From: Escherichia phage EP02SG
DNA: 64,000 bases
Reading direction: 5' to 3' (one strand)
Sequence record: PQ301181
The position numbers and the translations under genes were made by a program. This document shows positions 31,986-40,749 of this stretch, in pieces. A model generated the notes under the pieces. That model was not told the DNA's origin. It ran no database searches and saw only the letters and a program-made list of their open reading frames with translations. Position 1 is the stretch's first letter; the number at the start of each line of letters is the position of its first letter.

Positions 31986-32326
31986 TTAAACCATCCTTTA
32001 ATACGTTGCCAAATAGATTTTTGTGCTTGTTTATTAACACCAATTGAACGAATAACCGGTTGTGACTGCTGATATTCTTTATAATCTTCTTTATAGATTT
32101 CGTAAGCTGCATCAACAAATGAACTGATCGCTGCCATAAAGTTTTTACGTATACCACCAGGAGCTACTCCATTAGGGAATTCGGAATTTTCTCGAATAAT
32201 TAAATATAACCCAGCTCTAACTTTAACGATAGTTCCAAGATAAGCCCCGTGGTACCAAATATCCCATCCTTCCTGAGTAGGTTCTGCGCATTTACGAAGT
32301 TCGTTAATAATATTCAGCTTATTCAT
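31982..32326 (-). CDS. hypothetical protein (114 aa)
   Basis: ORF track. Confidence 0.5.
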   Translation of the reverse strand: MNKLNIINELRKCAEPTQEGWDIWYHGAYLGTIVKVRAGLYLIIRENSEFPNGVAPGGIRKNFMAAISSFVDAAYEIYKEDYKEYQQSQPVIRSIGVNKQAQKSIWQRIKGWFK

Positions 32327-32336
32327 TATGTATTCC

Positions 32337-32969
32337 TCACAGTACGTTAGTTACAAGGGTAATGATTTCTTTGGACACATTAGGGAAGTCAATGTAAGTA
32401 TATTTACCACCGATCTTAATCTTAACATCATTTTCAAGAGAAGTAAACAGCTTTGATTCAGTTTCTGACATGTTGTATGCAAATATTCTAAGACAACCAT
32501 CTCGACGAATTTCGATCTGACGAATACCTAGAACTCGTTTTGCAAATCGAACTTCCAAGTTACTACGGTTTTCACCGATTTCTTTAACTTCAACTTTATC
32601 TTTAATATTTTCAAAAACAAAGTTTGCTAATTCATGCATTTCAGGAGTAACTCCACGTGCTTTTCTAGTGTTACGTTTCTGAAGAAGTTCTGGAGCATTT
32701 TCTTGGGCAAAGAGGTCTGCAGCTTTTTGGATAATATCCATTGCTTCGCCTGTTGCTATAAGTCCATCACCAGATTTTTCGACTAAACCTTTCTTAATCA
32801 ATACACCAATGTTAGAGTTAACAACCGATGCATTGTATTCCGCTTCCAGAGCTTCACGGACATTGGCAGCAGTGGTGAAGTTGTTCTTAATGATGTAAAC
32901 CATTATTGCAGCAGTTTTTTCATTAAGAGCGTTTTCGGAAGCTTTGATGATGTAAGCAATTTTAGACAT
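32337..32969 (-). CDS. motA: middle-transcription activator MotA
   Basis: Matches recalled T4 MotA from MSK..YIIKAS...LNEKTA; 211 aa from ATG 32967-32969; track N-terminal extension is promoter read-through. Confidence 0.9.
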   Translation of the reverse strand: MSKIAYIIKASENALNEKTAAIMVYIIKNNFTTAANVREALEAEYNASVVNSNIGVLIKKGLVEKSGDGLIATGEAMDIIQKAADLFAQENAPELLQKRNTRKARGVTPEMHELANFVFENIKDKVEVKEIGENRSNLEVRFAKRVLGIRQIEIRRDGCLRIFAYNMSETESKLFTSLENDVKIKIGGKYTYIDFPNVSKEIITLVTNVL

Positions 32970-33027
32970 TTTATTTCTCCAATTTGGTTGTTTTGTTTTG
33001 ATAGGTCTATAATAACATGTTTGAAGC
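32960..33027 (-). repeat. direct repeat copy 1 (promoter + 5'UTR + ATG-TCT-AAA start) of motA
   Basis: About 68 bp near-identical to 33281-33348. Confidence 0.8.
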
Positions 33028-33038
33028 AAAAGTAAACT
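33007..33038 (-). promoter_or_regulatory. T4-type early promoter of motA
   Basis: ctataataa ... gtaaac; part of duplicated cassette. Confidence 0.5.
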
Positions 33039-33074
33039 TTATTTTGGGCTCTTTTTCAAAAGCCCTGGTAAAAT

Positions 33075-33290
33075 TTACAAACTCATTTCTTTAATAAGGC
33101 TAATAAGTTTTGCCTTTTTAGAACGAAGCTTTTCTAAATGATGTCCATTTGAACCGCGAACCACTAAAGAATTGATTTCAACTTCTAAGAAATTTAATTC
33201 TTCAACAAGTGCTTTACGTGGAGCATTCATACCAGGTTTAACTTTACCGAAACGAGTAGTTGTGTTTTGGGTTAATTTCATTTTAGACAT
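33075..33290 (-). CDS. hypothetical basic protein (71 aa)
   Basis: ORF track; shares duplicated promoter/5'UTR/MSK start cassette with motA. Confidence 0.55.
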   Translation of the reverse strand: MSKMKLTQNTTTRFGKVKPGMNAPRKALVEELNFLEVEINSLVVRGSNGHHLEKLRSKKAKLISLIKEMSL

Positions 33291-33348
33291 TTTATTTCTC
33301 CAATTTGGTTGTTTTGTTTTGATAGGTCTATAATATCATGTTTGAAGC
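33281..33348 (-). repeat. direct repeat copy 2 (promoter + 5'UTR + start) of ORF 33075..33290
   Basis: About 68 bp near-identical to 32960-33027 with one mismatch in the -10 region. Confidence 0.8.
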
Positions 33349-33359
33349 ATATGTAAACT
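33327..33359 (-). promoter_or_regulatory. T4-type early promoter of ORF 33075..33290
   Basis: ctataatat ... tgtaaac; part of duplicated cassette. Confidence 0.5.
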
Positions 33360-33383
33360 GTTTTGTGAGAAAAATGCACAAAA

Positions 33384-33399
33384 GGGAGCCGAAGCTCCC
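33384..33399 (-). terminator. stem-loop GGGAGC-UUCG-GCUCCC after gene 52
   Basis: Same element as 6-21. Confidence 0.5.
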
Positions 33400-33475
33400 T
33401 AATCATGTTTGTCCAACCAATACAGCCAAATCACTAGTGCAGCTATTGCACCGAGAAATCCTAAGGCTAGGGCAC

Positions 33476-34801
33476 TCAAAGTGCCTCCAAGTCTTTAGTG
33501 TACTCTGTCACAACATCAGTAGACTTCCAATACTCATTTTCTTCTTTCTTAGCTTTAGCTTCTTCTGCCAGTTTACGCGCTTCGTCGGAAGTGATATGGA
33601 AGATGTTAAGACCTACAAGTTTATCGACATGTTCTTTATACATTTCGATTTGTGCCAGCTCTTCAGTCAAAGCTTTACGAGTCTTGCCCTGAATCACAAT
33701 TTCACCTGTAATAACTTTTTTGATGAAGTGTGCCTTAGCAAAAGCCAGTTTAAATGCTTTTTCAGATTCAAGGATTTTGTTGTCAATACGTTTCTGAACG
33801 TAAGTCTTACGGACTTCAACAAAATCTTTGATTAAGTCCACTACGTTATCGTAGACAGCTAATTTACCCTTTTCATTAATCACTGTGATGTTTTGTGAAC
33901 GACGTTCGATGAGACTAAAATCTTTCATGATTTTTTCATGACGTAGCTCTTCATCATCAGGAAGCGAGTACTCTTTACGGAACTTCACCTTAAACCCAAA
34001 GCCGTGTTCACCGCAATCATCTTCCCATGAGATTAGACCTTTGTCTTCCAACGGGTCAAGAACCTTACTCACATACGTTTCACGGTCGAATTTATATGGG
34101 ATTTCAGTTATCTGCATTTGAGTGCGAGATGTGAACTTATATGTTCCGTGAATCTCATAACGCCCATCAACTTCATGTACTTCACCACGGAATTCCGGGA
34201 ATTCAACTTTTGGCTTAGTGACATTTTTACCTTGAAGAGCTTGTAATACAGCTTTTTTGACTGATTTAAAACTATGAGGCAGAATATTTGTTGCGTAACC
34301 GGTTGCAATACCAGAGACGCCATTCAAAAGAACTGTCGGAATAATAGGAAGATAGAATTTTGGCGGAATGTGTTCTTTATCTTCATGAGCTGGAGCATAT
34401 TCAGTATCTTTATATACGTTATAGAAATTTTTACTTACACGAGCAAAAATATAACGAGATGCTGCAGCTTTTTGGACTGTTCGAGAACCAAAGTTGCCTT
34501 GGCCATCTAACAGTGGATAGTTGTTGTTCCATGTGTTAGCCATCAATGCACCTGCATCTTGTGCAGAAGATTCACCATGGTGATAACCTAAATCTGCAAC
34601 ACCACCTGCAATTGACGCAAGTTTATGAAATTTTTCTTTATTGCCACGAGCCAAATCTAACGCACGATGAACCACAAAACGTTGAACCGGCTTAAATCCA
34701 TCAATCATGTTTGGGATTGCACGGTTTTCAACGGTGTACATCGCGTATGCTAAGGCTTCGTTATCAATAATACTTTTTAGATTACGAGAATTCAATTGCA
34801 T
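33476..34801 (-). CDS. 52: DNA topoisomerase II medium subunit gp52 (GyrA-like)
   Basis: 441 aa (T4 442); GyrA/ParC N-terminal domain; T4 order motA-52. Confidence 0.95.
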   Translation of the reverse strand: MQLNSRNLKSIIDNEALAYAMYTVENRAIPNMIDGFKPVQRFVVHRALDLARGNKEKFHKLASIAGGVADLGYHHGESSAQDAGALMANTWNNNYPLLDGQGNFGSRTVQKAAASRYIFARVSKNFYNVYKDTEYAPAHEDKEHIPPKFYLPIIPTVLLNGVSGIATGYATNILPHSFKSVKKAVLQALQGKNVTKPKVEFPEFRGEVHEVDGRYEIHGTYKFTSRTQMQITEIPYKFDRETYVSKVLDPLEDKGLISWEDDCGEHGFGFKVKFRKEYSLPDDEELRHEKIMKDFSLIERRSQNITVINEKGKLAVYDNVVDLIKDFVEVRKTYVQKRIDNKILESEKAFKLAFAKAHFIKKVITGEIVIQGKTRKALTEELAQIEMYKEHVDKLVGLNIFHITSDEARKLAEEAKAKKEENEYWKSTDVVTEYTKDLEAL

Positions 34802-34805
34802 ATTT

Positions 34806-34946
34806 TCACCATATTAATGAACAAATAGCCATTATAACATCTGAAATGAAAAGCACTACTTGGATTAGCCCAAACATCACACCATAGTACAGAACCGTAA
34901 GCAACAACAAGAGCCCGAAGGCTCCTGCTAAGATTTTCTTAATCAT
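34806..34946 (-). CDS. small hydrophobic membrane protein (46 aa), hand-translated
   Basis: MIKKILAGAFGLLLLLTVLYYGV...; start overlaps stop of next small ORF; T4 has ac/stp here. Confidence 0.4.
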   Translation of the reverse strand: MIKKILAGAFGLLLLLTVLYYGVMFGLIQVVLFISDVIMAICSLIW

Positions 34947-35092
34947 TACTCGCCTTTTAATACGTTAAAAAGAGCTAAGACCGCTAAGGTACCTTGTGAC
35001 ACCGCCTGTTGAAATACTGATGTTTCGCCTGTAACTAAAGTGTTAATGAATAAAAACGACCAACACAACAATGCAATAATCCATGTTACCAT
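34946..35092 (-). CDS. small hydrophobic membrane protein (48 aa), hand-translated
   Basis: MVTWIIALLCWSFLFINTLV...; stop overlaps start of downstream small ORF. Confidence 0.4.
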   Translation of the reverse strand: MVTWIIALLCWSFLFINTLVTGETSVFQQAVSQGTLAVLALFNVLKGE

Positions 35093-35144
35093 TTTAATTA
35101 CCTCAAAAATAAATTAAAGGCTTATTAAGCTAGGCCTGTATAAA

Positions 35145-35591
35145 TTAGTAACTCTGCAGAATGAATTTGAAATTATCAGCCAGAAGACGGTTCATTTCAG
35201 TGAGTGTTTGATATTCTGATGTATGATTGCGAGTGAATGCCAGAGCCAATTGACCTTTACCATAACCAGTAGTCAGGGGTTTCATGTTCTTAGCTGCAAC
35301 AAAAATTACATCATATTCAATATTGTTAGTGCCCATAGTACGGGCTAGTTGCGAACGGCCTTGACGAATGTGAGAAAGAATTGCATCCAACCCTTGTTTA
35401 GAACGTTGACGTCCTACAAAGAATCGTGCTGCTACTTGTCGCCAATCAGATGAACCTTTAACAAAGAAGTAAAAACCTTCACGAGAACGAAACTCTTTAG
35501 AAACTTCAGAACCGTATTCGCCATTACGAACTACTGCAACAACTTCACCACCAACTGCCAGAAGGTCTTTACGAGTTAAATATTTGGACAT
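35145..35591 (-). CDS. ndd: nucleoid disruption protein Ndd
   Basis: 148 aa; strong match to recalled T4 Ndd C-terminal half (RSKQG..A.LSHIRQ.RSQLART...[41 protein letters not shown]). Confidence 0.9.
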   Translation of the reverse strand: MSKYLTRKDLLAVGGEVVAVVRNGEYGSEVSKEFRSREGFYFFVKGSSDWRQVAARFFVGRQRSKQGLDAILSHIRQGRSQLARTMGTNNIEYDVIFVAAKNMKPLTTGYGKGQLALAFTRNHTSEYQTLTEMNRLLADNFKFILQSY

Positions 35592-35633
35592 GCTAATTTC
35601 CTCAATTGATTAATGTTTTGTAATCCATGAGAG

Positions 35634-35664
35634 CATTATACTCTGCTCTCAAGAGTTTGTACAA
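35634..35664 (-). promoter_or_regulatory. T4-type early promoter of ndd
   Basis: cattatact ... tgtacaa. Confidence 0.5.
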
Positions 35665-35666
35665 TT

Positions 35667-35867
35667 TTATTCGGCTATATCAGAACGTTCAAAAAGCTCT
35701 TCAACAGTTAAACATTCAGTGTCATCCTCAATAAAGAATCGGGTCCAATATGTTGGGGCGATGCAGTTATGAGTTTGTCCGGCTATAGAAGCTACACGAA
35801 TAAGCTGCTGACCATTATTCAGAACAAATTTTTCACCAATTTCAACATCTTTAAAAAGCTTAGCCAT
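35667..35867 (-). CDS. hypothetical protein (66 aa)
   Basis: ORF track; promoter-like element upstream. Confidence 0.5.
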   Translation of the reverse strand: MAKLFKDVEIGEKFVLNNGQQLIRVASIAGQTHNCIAPTYWTRFFIEDDTECLTVEELFERSDIAE

Positions 35868-36117
35868 TTTGTATTCCTCATGTTTTGATAGGACTACTAT
35901 ACCATAATCCTACCTTGATGTAAACAATTAAATTACATTAAAATATGTTAAAGCCAACCATGTTCCGGTGAACGAACATGCGATGTAAAAACCTGTATCG
36001 CAAATTGTTCTTAGTACAATAATAAGTGCATTTTTCATAAGTACCTCAATGCAATTGAAAATATTATACAAATCATAGGGATACTAAGCAACCATATTCC
36101 GATCCACGTTTTAGAGC

Positions 36118-36381
36118 TCATATCTCAACTTCCGCGAGTTCCATATATCCTTTGTTGATAACCTCTTTAAGGTCTTTAGAAAGAATAACACTAAAATGGT
36201 CGTTCATGTGTCCATTAACCAGACGAGTTATTTCGGCTTCAGATGACATATAAGGCACGTCTGAGTCCCAATGAGATAGACCCAAATGGGTATAAATCAT
36301 CCCTTCGTCATCTGCAGTGTTGTACATTGAAACAAATTCGCCTGTTACTTTATGTTTTGCGTAGAAAAATTTAAATTTCAT
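36118..36381 (-). CDS. hypothetical protein (87 aa)
   Basis: ORF track; promoter-like element upstream. Confidence 0.5.
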   Translation of the reverse strand: MKFKFFYAKHKVTGEFVSMYNTADDEGMIYTHLGLSHWDSDVPYMSSEAEITRLVNGHMNDHFSVILSKDLKEVINKGYMELAEVEI

Positions 36382-36449
36382 GATGTTATCCTCTTTTAGA
36401 TAGGACTACTATATCATAGTCCTACTTAGTTGTAAACACTTTTATGAAA

Positions 36450-37007
36450 TTAAAGTTGAAGATACCACCCGTTGTAGTTGCTCTTGCGGACGATTTTCTT
36501 TAGGTCTTCATGGTCTCCCACGAACTTTATAGAATAAGAGAAGACGTCAGGTGAGGTTTCTTTGACATCTAATATAATAATGCAATCTGCGACTCGATGG
36601 TTCAAGAAGGGCCCTATATTGATTCCATTACCACCCGGATAATCACCACTGTATCCTGTGGTAACAGAAATCCATTTAGAATCTATCTGGTGTGTCTTGA
36701 CTTCTACACGAATTCCACAATACTTGGGATGGGCTAACACGTCCCATGCATACGTGTACGGGTCTTCTACGTCTTCAATACCTTTATTAACATACCCGTC
36801 TAGCCAATTTGCTACTACATACTCTGCAAAGACCGCAACCTTACAACGTCGAACTACATCTTCTTTGTTTTGGCCAGGATTTTGGCTCAGGGAATACCGA
36901 GCAGTGTCAGCAATCTTCACCTTCATTTCACTAGTCAAAAACTCATTCGACAGGATAAATGTCGGAAGATTCTTCAGTCTCAACAGTCCCAAGTTCGTCT
37001 TTACCAT
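36450..37007 (-). CDS. hypothetical protein at denB position (possible endonuclease IV)
   Basis: Track ORF 36450..37058; internal start MVKT gives 185 aa, the T4 DenB size; no motif recalled, positional only. Confidence 0.35.
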   Translation of the reverse strand: MVKTNLGLLRLKNLPTFILSNEFLTSEMKVKIADTARYSLSQNPGQNKEDVVRRCKVAVFAEYVVANWLDGYVNKGIEDVEDPYTYAWDVLAHPKYCGIRVEVKTHQIDSKWISVTTGYSGDYPGGNGINIGPFLNHRVADCIIILDVKETSPDVFSYSIKFVGDHEDLKKIVRKSNYNGWYLQL

Positions 37008-37230
37008 AGATACCTCTGATGTGTAGTTCGCCAAAATAAATGCGGTCACCTTCTTCAAGATATTCTGCGTCTACCGGTGGGATTTCAATAACAACTTCGT
37101 CGCATTCTAACCAGCCGTAGTGTGCATCACCAGGATGTTTTACCAATTTAGCGCAATAAACTGATTTACACTTATGATGACCACGAAGATTAGCAATTTT
37201 GGATTCTGATACGTCAAATGGATGAATCAT
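36943..37230 (-). CDS. hypothetical protein (about 95 aa)
   Basis: Track ORF 36943..37284 trimmed to internal ATG 37228-37230. Confidence 0.4.
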   Translation of the reverse strand: MIHPFDVSESKIANLRGHHKCKSVYCAKLVKHPGDAHYGWLECDEVVIEIPPVDAEYLEEGDRIYFGELHIRGIYGKDELGTVETEESSDIYPVE

Positions 37231-37252
37231 AATTACCCCTAAAGAAAAAAAA

Positions 37253-37268
37253 GGGGACCAAAGTCCCC
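37253..37268 (-). terminator. stem-loop GGGGAC-UUUG-GUCCCC after rIIB
   Basis: GC stem just downstream of rIIB stop. Confidence 0.45.
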
Positions 37269-37273
37269 AATTA

Positions 37274-38221
37274 TTATTCTGCAAATAATTCAGTAACGTC
37301 TGAAATTACTTCATAACGACAAGTACGCATCTTAGCATCACCATAGTCAACTGGGATGGACACAACATCACGTGGATGAACTTTAACCTTAACAACTTTA
37401 TCTGAGCTAGAACCAAAGTAACGAATATATGATTTAGCACAAACATGTAGACCACGGGAACAAGTTTGAGTATCATCATCGTTAACACGAGTACGAGGCA
37501 TTGAAACAACTTTACCAGGCGAGTTATCAAATGTGCCGCTATAGCAATCTAAATAGTCCTTACGAACTACTTTCCATGCGTAGAAATGCCCATCTTCAGT
37601 GATTTCAATATCGTTTGCAACCAAGAAGTCGAATAAACGTTGTACAGCTTTTTCACTTGGGTTTTCTAACAGGTTTTCAAGGAATGGCAGATAGAATTTA
37701 AAGTCTTCGCCTTTTTCCATGGAATCAATAATACGATTAACCAGTCCTGAACGAATTTCTATACCTTGATAAAATAAACTACCACCTTCAATAGTAACAT
37801 TACCGTCAACAAACTTACTAATAGCTTTCTTGATGTTAATAAGTTCGACAGCTTTACTAAGGTTTCCTGCGACCAAATTAGCTTTAATTTCTTCAAAATT
37901 TGCATGACTTGATGGGGTCGCATTGTATGCTACGCGTCCTTCAATAATTGAAATAAATTTAGATGACGCGTTCCATACGATTTCTGGACGATGACCGCCG
38001 ATAATAGGTTCATCATTTTCTGGAACTTCTTCGATTACATAAGAGGCATCGTTTGCTTCAGGGACAACGCCTTCTGCTTTAAAATTCTTAACAATCTTAC
38101 GAAGAGTATCTGTTGAAATGTCGAAGTAATCGGCAATTTCTTTACGAGTCCATTTGCCTGATTCAACCAGGCCATAAGCTTCTAACTGTTCTTCTTGGGA
38201 CAAGCATTTAATATTGTACAT
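37274..38221 (-). CDS. rIIB: rIIB protein
   Basis: 315 aa (T4 312); N-terminus MYNIKCL...; adjacent to rIIA. Confidence 0.9.
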   Translation of the reverse strand: MYNIKCLSQEEQLEAYGLVESGKWTRKEIADYFDISTDTLRKIVKNFKAEGVVPEANDASYVIEEVPENDEPIIGGHRPEIVWNASSKFISIIEGRVAYNATPSSHANFEEIKANLVAGNLSKAVELINIKKAISKFVDGNVTIEGGSLFYQGIEIRSGLVNRIIDSMEKGEDFKFYLPFLENLLENPSEKAVQRLFDFLVANDIEITEDGHFYAWKVVRKDYLDCYSGTFDNSPGKVVSMPRTRVNDDDTQTCSRGLHVCAKSYIRYFGSSSDKVVKVKVHPRDVVSIPVDYGDAKMRTCRYEVISDVTELFAE

Positions 38222-38230
38222 AATGTTTCC

Positions 38231-40444
38231 TTATTTGGCCGCTTCCACGGCCTTCATGAATTTAACGATTTGAGCGACTTGTTCTTTAGAAAGAGTACCA
38301 CGTCGTCCCATGTAGTCTGACACAATATGATAATTGGTTTCGAATTCAATAACCATTTTATCATCATTATCGTAAGCATTATCTTTAAGCTTATCGAAAA
38401 TTTTAGCACACAATTCTAACTTCTTATTCAGTTCTGTATTAGTAGCACCTGCGAATCGATTCCATCCCCAACGATTATTTACTGTTGAGAGTTTTGCAAA
38501 ATCTTTACTGATTTCTTTGTTTTTAGAGCTAAAATACTTACTAAGGAAGTTAAGCTCTTCATTACGAGTAATATGATTCAAATAAGGCTGTGCTCTACGA
38601 CTTGGTGATACATACTCATCATAATCCACTTTATCGATTAGCGTAATATAGTCATTAATTGATTTTTCGAACAAGCATTCTACTTCACCAAGTTTACGAA
38701 CTTTCTTAGCAATCTGTGGACGAACTACAGTGAACTCTTTAATACCTGACAAATCAGCAATACGGGTCAAGAAATTGGAGTCATAGTTCAACCAACCTTT
38801 ATCTGCGTCAAGACATTCAGCATTAGAACGATTACGAATTACAACATAACCTTGAATCTCATCAGCTTTACCGGCCGGAATAAAGAGATCTTCTGATACC
38901 CAAACATCGTTTTCATTCTTAAAGAACCGATGAGCACTTGGGGATTTAGGACGAGGCTGTGATGAACGTTCTTTAACTTCAATCCACGGTTTAACTAATG
39001 CAAGAATTTCAGATGTCTTATAAAATTTAAGGCTATCACCAGCGAAAATAACCTTTAATCGTTCCAGAAGTTTCATTGCAACTTCATCTTCCGGGTTAAC
39101 GAATAATACGCTACTACCCCATCCGGAAGGAACCTTATCAACGAGTGTTGATGCATCGGTGGAAGTCAAAGCATCGTTCAGAGCACGCATCATTGGTACG
39201 CGGCCTTTCACATCGTCAATAACAATATCAATATGCTTACGACTAATACCTAACAGGCTATTAATTGAAATAGTTGAAGACGAGCTTCCGCTTTCACGAA
39301 TACGACGAAGTCGTGGGTCTGAAACTATATCGTATACGACGCCGAGATTACACCATTCAGGTCCCATTTTAAAACGTTTGTACAACTCAGAATAGGTTAG
39401 TTGTTCTTTAGAATATTTCAGTGATTCAATATTAGAACCGGCTTTTTCCATGTATTTACGAGCAGAGTAACCAAGAGAATCGATTTCACGGAATACATGA
39501 CGTGGATATTCACAATCAATCCATTTCTTAGAATCTTCAGCGAACAATTTAGCATCGATTTCTGCAACGCGTTTATGGATATTTGCTACAGTACGTTTAT
39601 CAAATGACAATGCTTCACGAGACGGGGCTACATCTAGTTCACCCATAGGGAATTTAATATAAGCTGTAGTGCATCGCGTCATCATCCATGTTTGTTCTTT
39701 AATAACACTTCCAATTGGATATACAATACCACCATAAACAGCCATGATATTACCACGTTCACCCCATGGAGCTTCCTTGGCTAAATAAACATCATCGAAT
39801 TCCGGGAAGTATTTGATATCTTTAACACCACGAACTTCTGCAATATCACCTAGAGGACGCATAACATATGCAATTTCGGATGCGAACTTTTCAAAATCTT
39901 CCGGGTTAACCGGTACAACTACTTCTACACCCGTACGGTCATCAGGACCCATCTTATCTACAAAGGTCGGCTTAATTTGTGGACCTGTGTCATCTTGGTA
40001 GATTACGTAACCACGAACTTCACCGTTGTGATAAGACGTAAGGTTAAATGTATCGGTATATGCTAGCGGAGCTTTAGAGCCGAGTCCGAATCCACCAATG
40101 AAATCGTTACTCGATGTTTTAGTTGAAGCAAAATATGAGTTATAGATTCCTGGCTCTTCGTCATTACCTCTAATGGTGAAATCACTCATACCAGGACCAA
40201 AGTCTCGAACTACAAAACGTGGGTCTAAACGACCTGGAGCCTGAACAATAAACTTATCAGTGCAACCATTAAGAATTTGTCCATCAATACAGTTTGTGAT
40301 TAATTCACGTACACAAGCCAATTCTTTGTTTGTATAAAGGTCATTAGACAAAATCTTATAAACTTTGCTATTGCCTTGAATAGTGAATGCTGTGCTCTTA
40401 CCGCCTGAACCAATAATCGTTTCTTTAGCCGTTTCAATAATCAT
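38231..40444 (-). CDS. rIIA: rIIA protein
   Basis: 737 aa (T4 725); N-terminus MII.T.KETI.G.G.KS.AF.I...K..KILSSDLYTNK. Confidence 0.9.
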   Translation of the reverse strand: MIIETAKETIIGSGGKSTAFTIQGNSKVYKILSNDLYTNKELACVRELITNCIDGQILNGCTDKFIVQAPGRLDPRFVVRDFGPGMSDFTIRGNDEEPGIYNSYFASTKTSSNDFIGGFGLGSKAPLAYTDTFNLTSYHNGEVRGYVIYQDDTGPQIKPTFVDKMGPDDRTGVEVVVPVNPEDFEKFASEIAYVMRPLGDIAEVRGVKDIKYFPEFDDVYLAKEAPWGERGNIMAVYGGIVYPIGSVIKEQTWMMTRCTTAYIKFPMGELDVAPSREALSFDKRTVANIHKRVAEIDAKLFAEDSKKWIDCEYPRHVFREIDSLGYSARKYMEKAGSNIESLKYSKEQLTYSELYKRFKMGPEWCNLGVVYDIVSDPRLRRIRESGSSSSTISINSLLGISRKHIDIVIDDVKGRVPMMRALNDALTSTDASTLVDKVPSGWGSSVLFVNPEDEVAMKLLERLKVIFAGDSLKFYKTSEILALVKPWIEVKERSSQPRPKSPSAHRFFKNENDVWVSEDLFIPAGKADEIQGYVVIRNRSNAECLDADKGWLNYDSNFLTRIADLSGIKEFTVVRPQIAKKVRKLGEVECLFEKSINDYITLIDKVDYDEYVSPSRRAQPYLNHITRNEELNFLSKYFSSKNKEISKDFAKLSTVNNRWGWNRFAGATNTELNKKLELCAKIFDKLKDNAYDNDDKMVIEFETNYHIVSDYMGRRGTLSKEQVAQIVKFMKAVEAAK

Positions 40445-40456
40445 ATTTTTCTCTCA

Positions 40457-40657
40457 TCACAAGTTACGTTTAAAAATTTCTGCTACTTCAAGAAGTTCTT
40501 CTTTAGTAGCTGTATCGGTTTGTATTTTATATCGAATTTCTTTAAAGCGTTCTTTAAAGGACTCTGCTGACTCGATATCAAAAAATCTTTGGATAAGCCG
40601 GAATTCCCGGAGCACTGCTTTATCAAAAAGTTCCAAGTCCACGTTATATGTTCTCAT
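40457..40657 (-). CDS. hypothetical protein (66 aa; rIIA.1 position)
   Basis: ORF track. Confidence 0.55.
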   Translation of the reverse strand: MRTYNVDLELFDKAVLREFRLIQRFFDIESAESFKERFKEIRYKIQTDTATKEELLEVAEIFKRNL

Positions 40658-40749
40658 AATATTCTCTTCAGTAGATTCCTAGGGCACTATTACTAAAGAC
40701 CATATAATCTATCATCTTATGTGTAATAGTGCCTCAGGCGATTCAGGAT

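Noticed and set aside
33007-33040. MotA-box (TTTGCTTCA) middle promoter in the duplicated cassette
   Set aside because: A TGCTTCA-like sequence exists, but its spacing to the -10 element is too short for a canonical MotA-dependent promoter; treated as an early promoter only.
33400-33478. 26-codon hydrophobic reading frame just downstream of gene 52 (possible stp-like peptide)
   Set aside because: No ATG start or ribosome-binding site, and it overlaps the gene 52 stop; T4 Stp as recalled is not hydrophobic.
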